From Laetmonice hystrix (taxonomy: Eukaryota): a stretch of DNA of 64,000 nt. Within the stretch, counting starts at the first letter, position 1, and every line of letters begins with the position of its first letter. The translations under genes were made by a program, and so were the position numbers. Below the pieces are notes generated by a model that saw nothing but the letters and a program-made list of their open reading frames with translations, had not been told where the DNA came from and made no database searches. Positions 62,911 through 64,000 of this stretch are shown piece by piece. Where the stretch lies: assembly GCA_965235115.1 (NCBI GenBank), contig OZ249436.1, positions 12,650,001 through 12,714,000 of the forward strand, written 5' to 3'.

Positions 62911-64000
62911 CTGCAATAAAGAAAAAAGTTTGCTCAGCCAGTGACACACATTCTCGTGCATTGTTTCAGTTGTGAGCAACATACCAGGACCATAGTTGCA
63001 CTGCTGTAACATGGCACTGCAATTTTATTTTTTAAATCTGAACCTAAACCTTTGCTTTTATCCCTTTCTTCCCTTTGTTTGTAAAAATAAACCTATTTTG
63101 GAAGGCTTGGACCTATTTTTATATTTAAACCAAGTTTGAACCTGAACCCTCCAATGCTAAGCCATAACTGTAGTGCATGCATGGATTAATTATGATTCTT
63201 TTTTGGTTATAAGGACAAGAATCTTACAACATAATGGTCTTCAACAGCATGCTTGAGTGACAAATGCTGAAAAATTTACCTAGTTTCTACTGGTGACCAT
63301 AGCATAAAGAATATAGAACAAGCGTTATCAAACTTCTAGTATCATGGACACAGGACTAAACGGCCAGTTCAAATAAGCAATACCAACATGATCTTCAGTG
63401 GCTACTGTATCTAACAGAAAACACAAACCTCGAGCAAGATACATTAGGATACTTCCAGCGGCCCTTCCCAGATAACCATTACAATACTATGACCAATACA
63501 TTTATTCCCATTTGATAACCTTATATTTTCCATAGAAAGATTTTGCAGGCTGTTGATAACGTCCTATACTGGTAACTATGGTACCCTGTATGGTAATTGG
63601 TCTTTCTCCCCAAGAGCATTCAAACATACCCACAAATTGTTCCACACTATTCTCTCTCGCATCTCTCTTGTTATCAATACACCTCCATGCATATCTTATC
63701 ACAAAACCTTTACAACTGTTGAAGGGCTGTTGAGAGCTCAGGCCAATCTAGGGCCAAGAGAGTATACTCAATTAAATTATGCTGAAAGATTCCGGTTGGG
63801 GGGGGGGGTTCTTAAAAATAAATTATTCTGTCTGCAAGAGATAGAGAGAGAGAAGCAAAATATCCAAATATTTTTTGTTGGACGATACATTAGTTCACAA
63901 AACTGAAATAAGAAAAAGAAAAAGAAAGAAAGGCTTTTCAAAATTTCTGTCAAATACAAAATGGCAATGTCAGATATAGTCTTTGCAATTGAAAACTACA

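Noticed and set aside
63502..63702. Possible further upstream CRTC exon
   Set aside because: A GTATG donor exists near 63629 but no frame gives recognisable CRTC sequence or has a good acceptor.

Overview
Eukaryotic (animal, probably a marine invertebrate; species not determinable) genomic DNA with spliced genes. No rRNA, tRNA or CRISPR array was seen. Five genes were reconstructed by hand with phase-consistent GT-AG exons: BHMT (+, 14477-21090, 405 aa), a WHAMM/JMY-family actin nucleation-promoting factor (-, 30037-23887, 732 aa), KXD1 (+, 34415-36862, 211 aa), FAM221B-like (+, 39726-42206, 325 aa) and the 3' part of a CRTC/TORC CREB coactivator (-, from 62910 or beyond to 50813). The first ~14 kb has no recognisable host gene and is a mosaic of MITEs, a Harbinger deletion derivative and LINE fragments; introns and UTRs carry many more elements. 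Main points of interest: (1) the gene order joins BHMT-JMY and KXD1-CRTC neighbourhoods that lie on separate, paralogous human chromosomes; (2) a CRTC intron holds a Helentron-type element whose ~145-bp tandem array carries 15 perfect CRE palindromes (TGACGTCA) and is itself interrupted by an ISL2EU-like element with remnants of both ORFs; (3) a 53-bp hairpin element with a 9-bp TSD sits next to its own empty site; (4) CAG...CTG elements with 5-, 6- and 8-bp TSDs coexist; (5) BHMT and JMY have facing poly(A) signals 35 bp apart. All coordinates and counts were read by eye and family assignments come from remembered motifs, not database searches.
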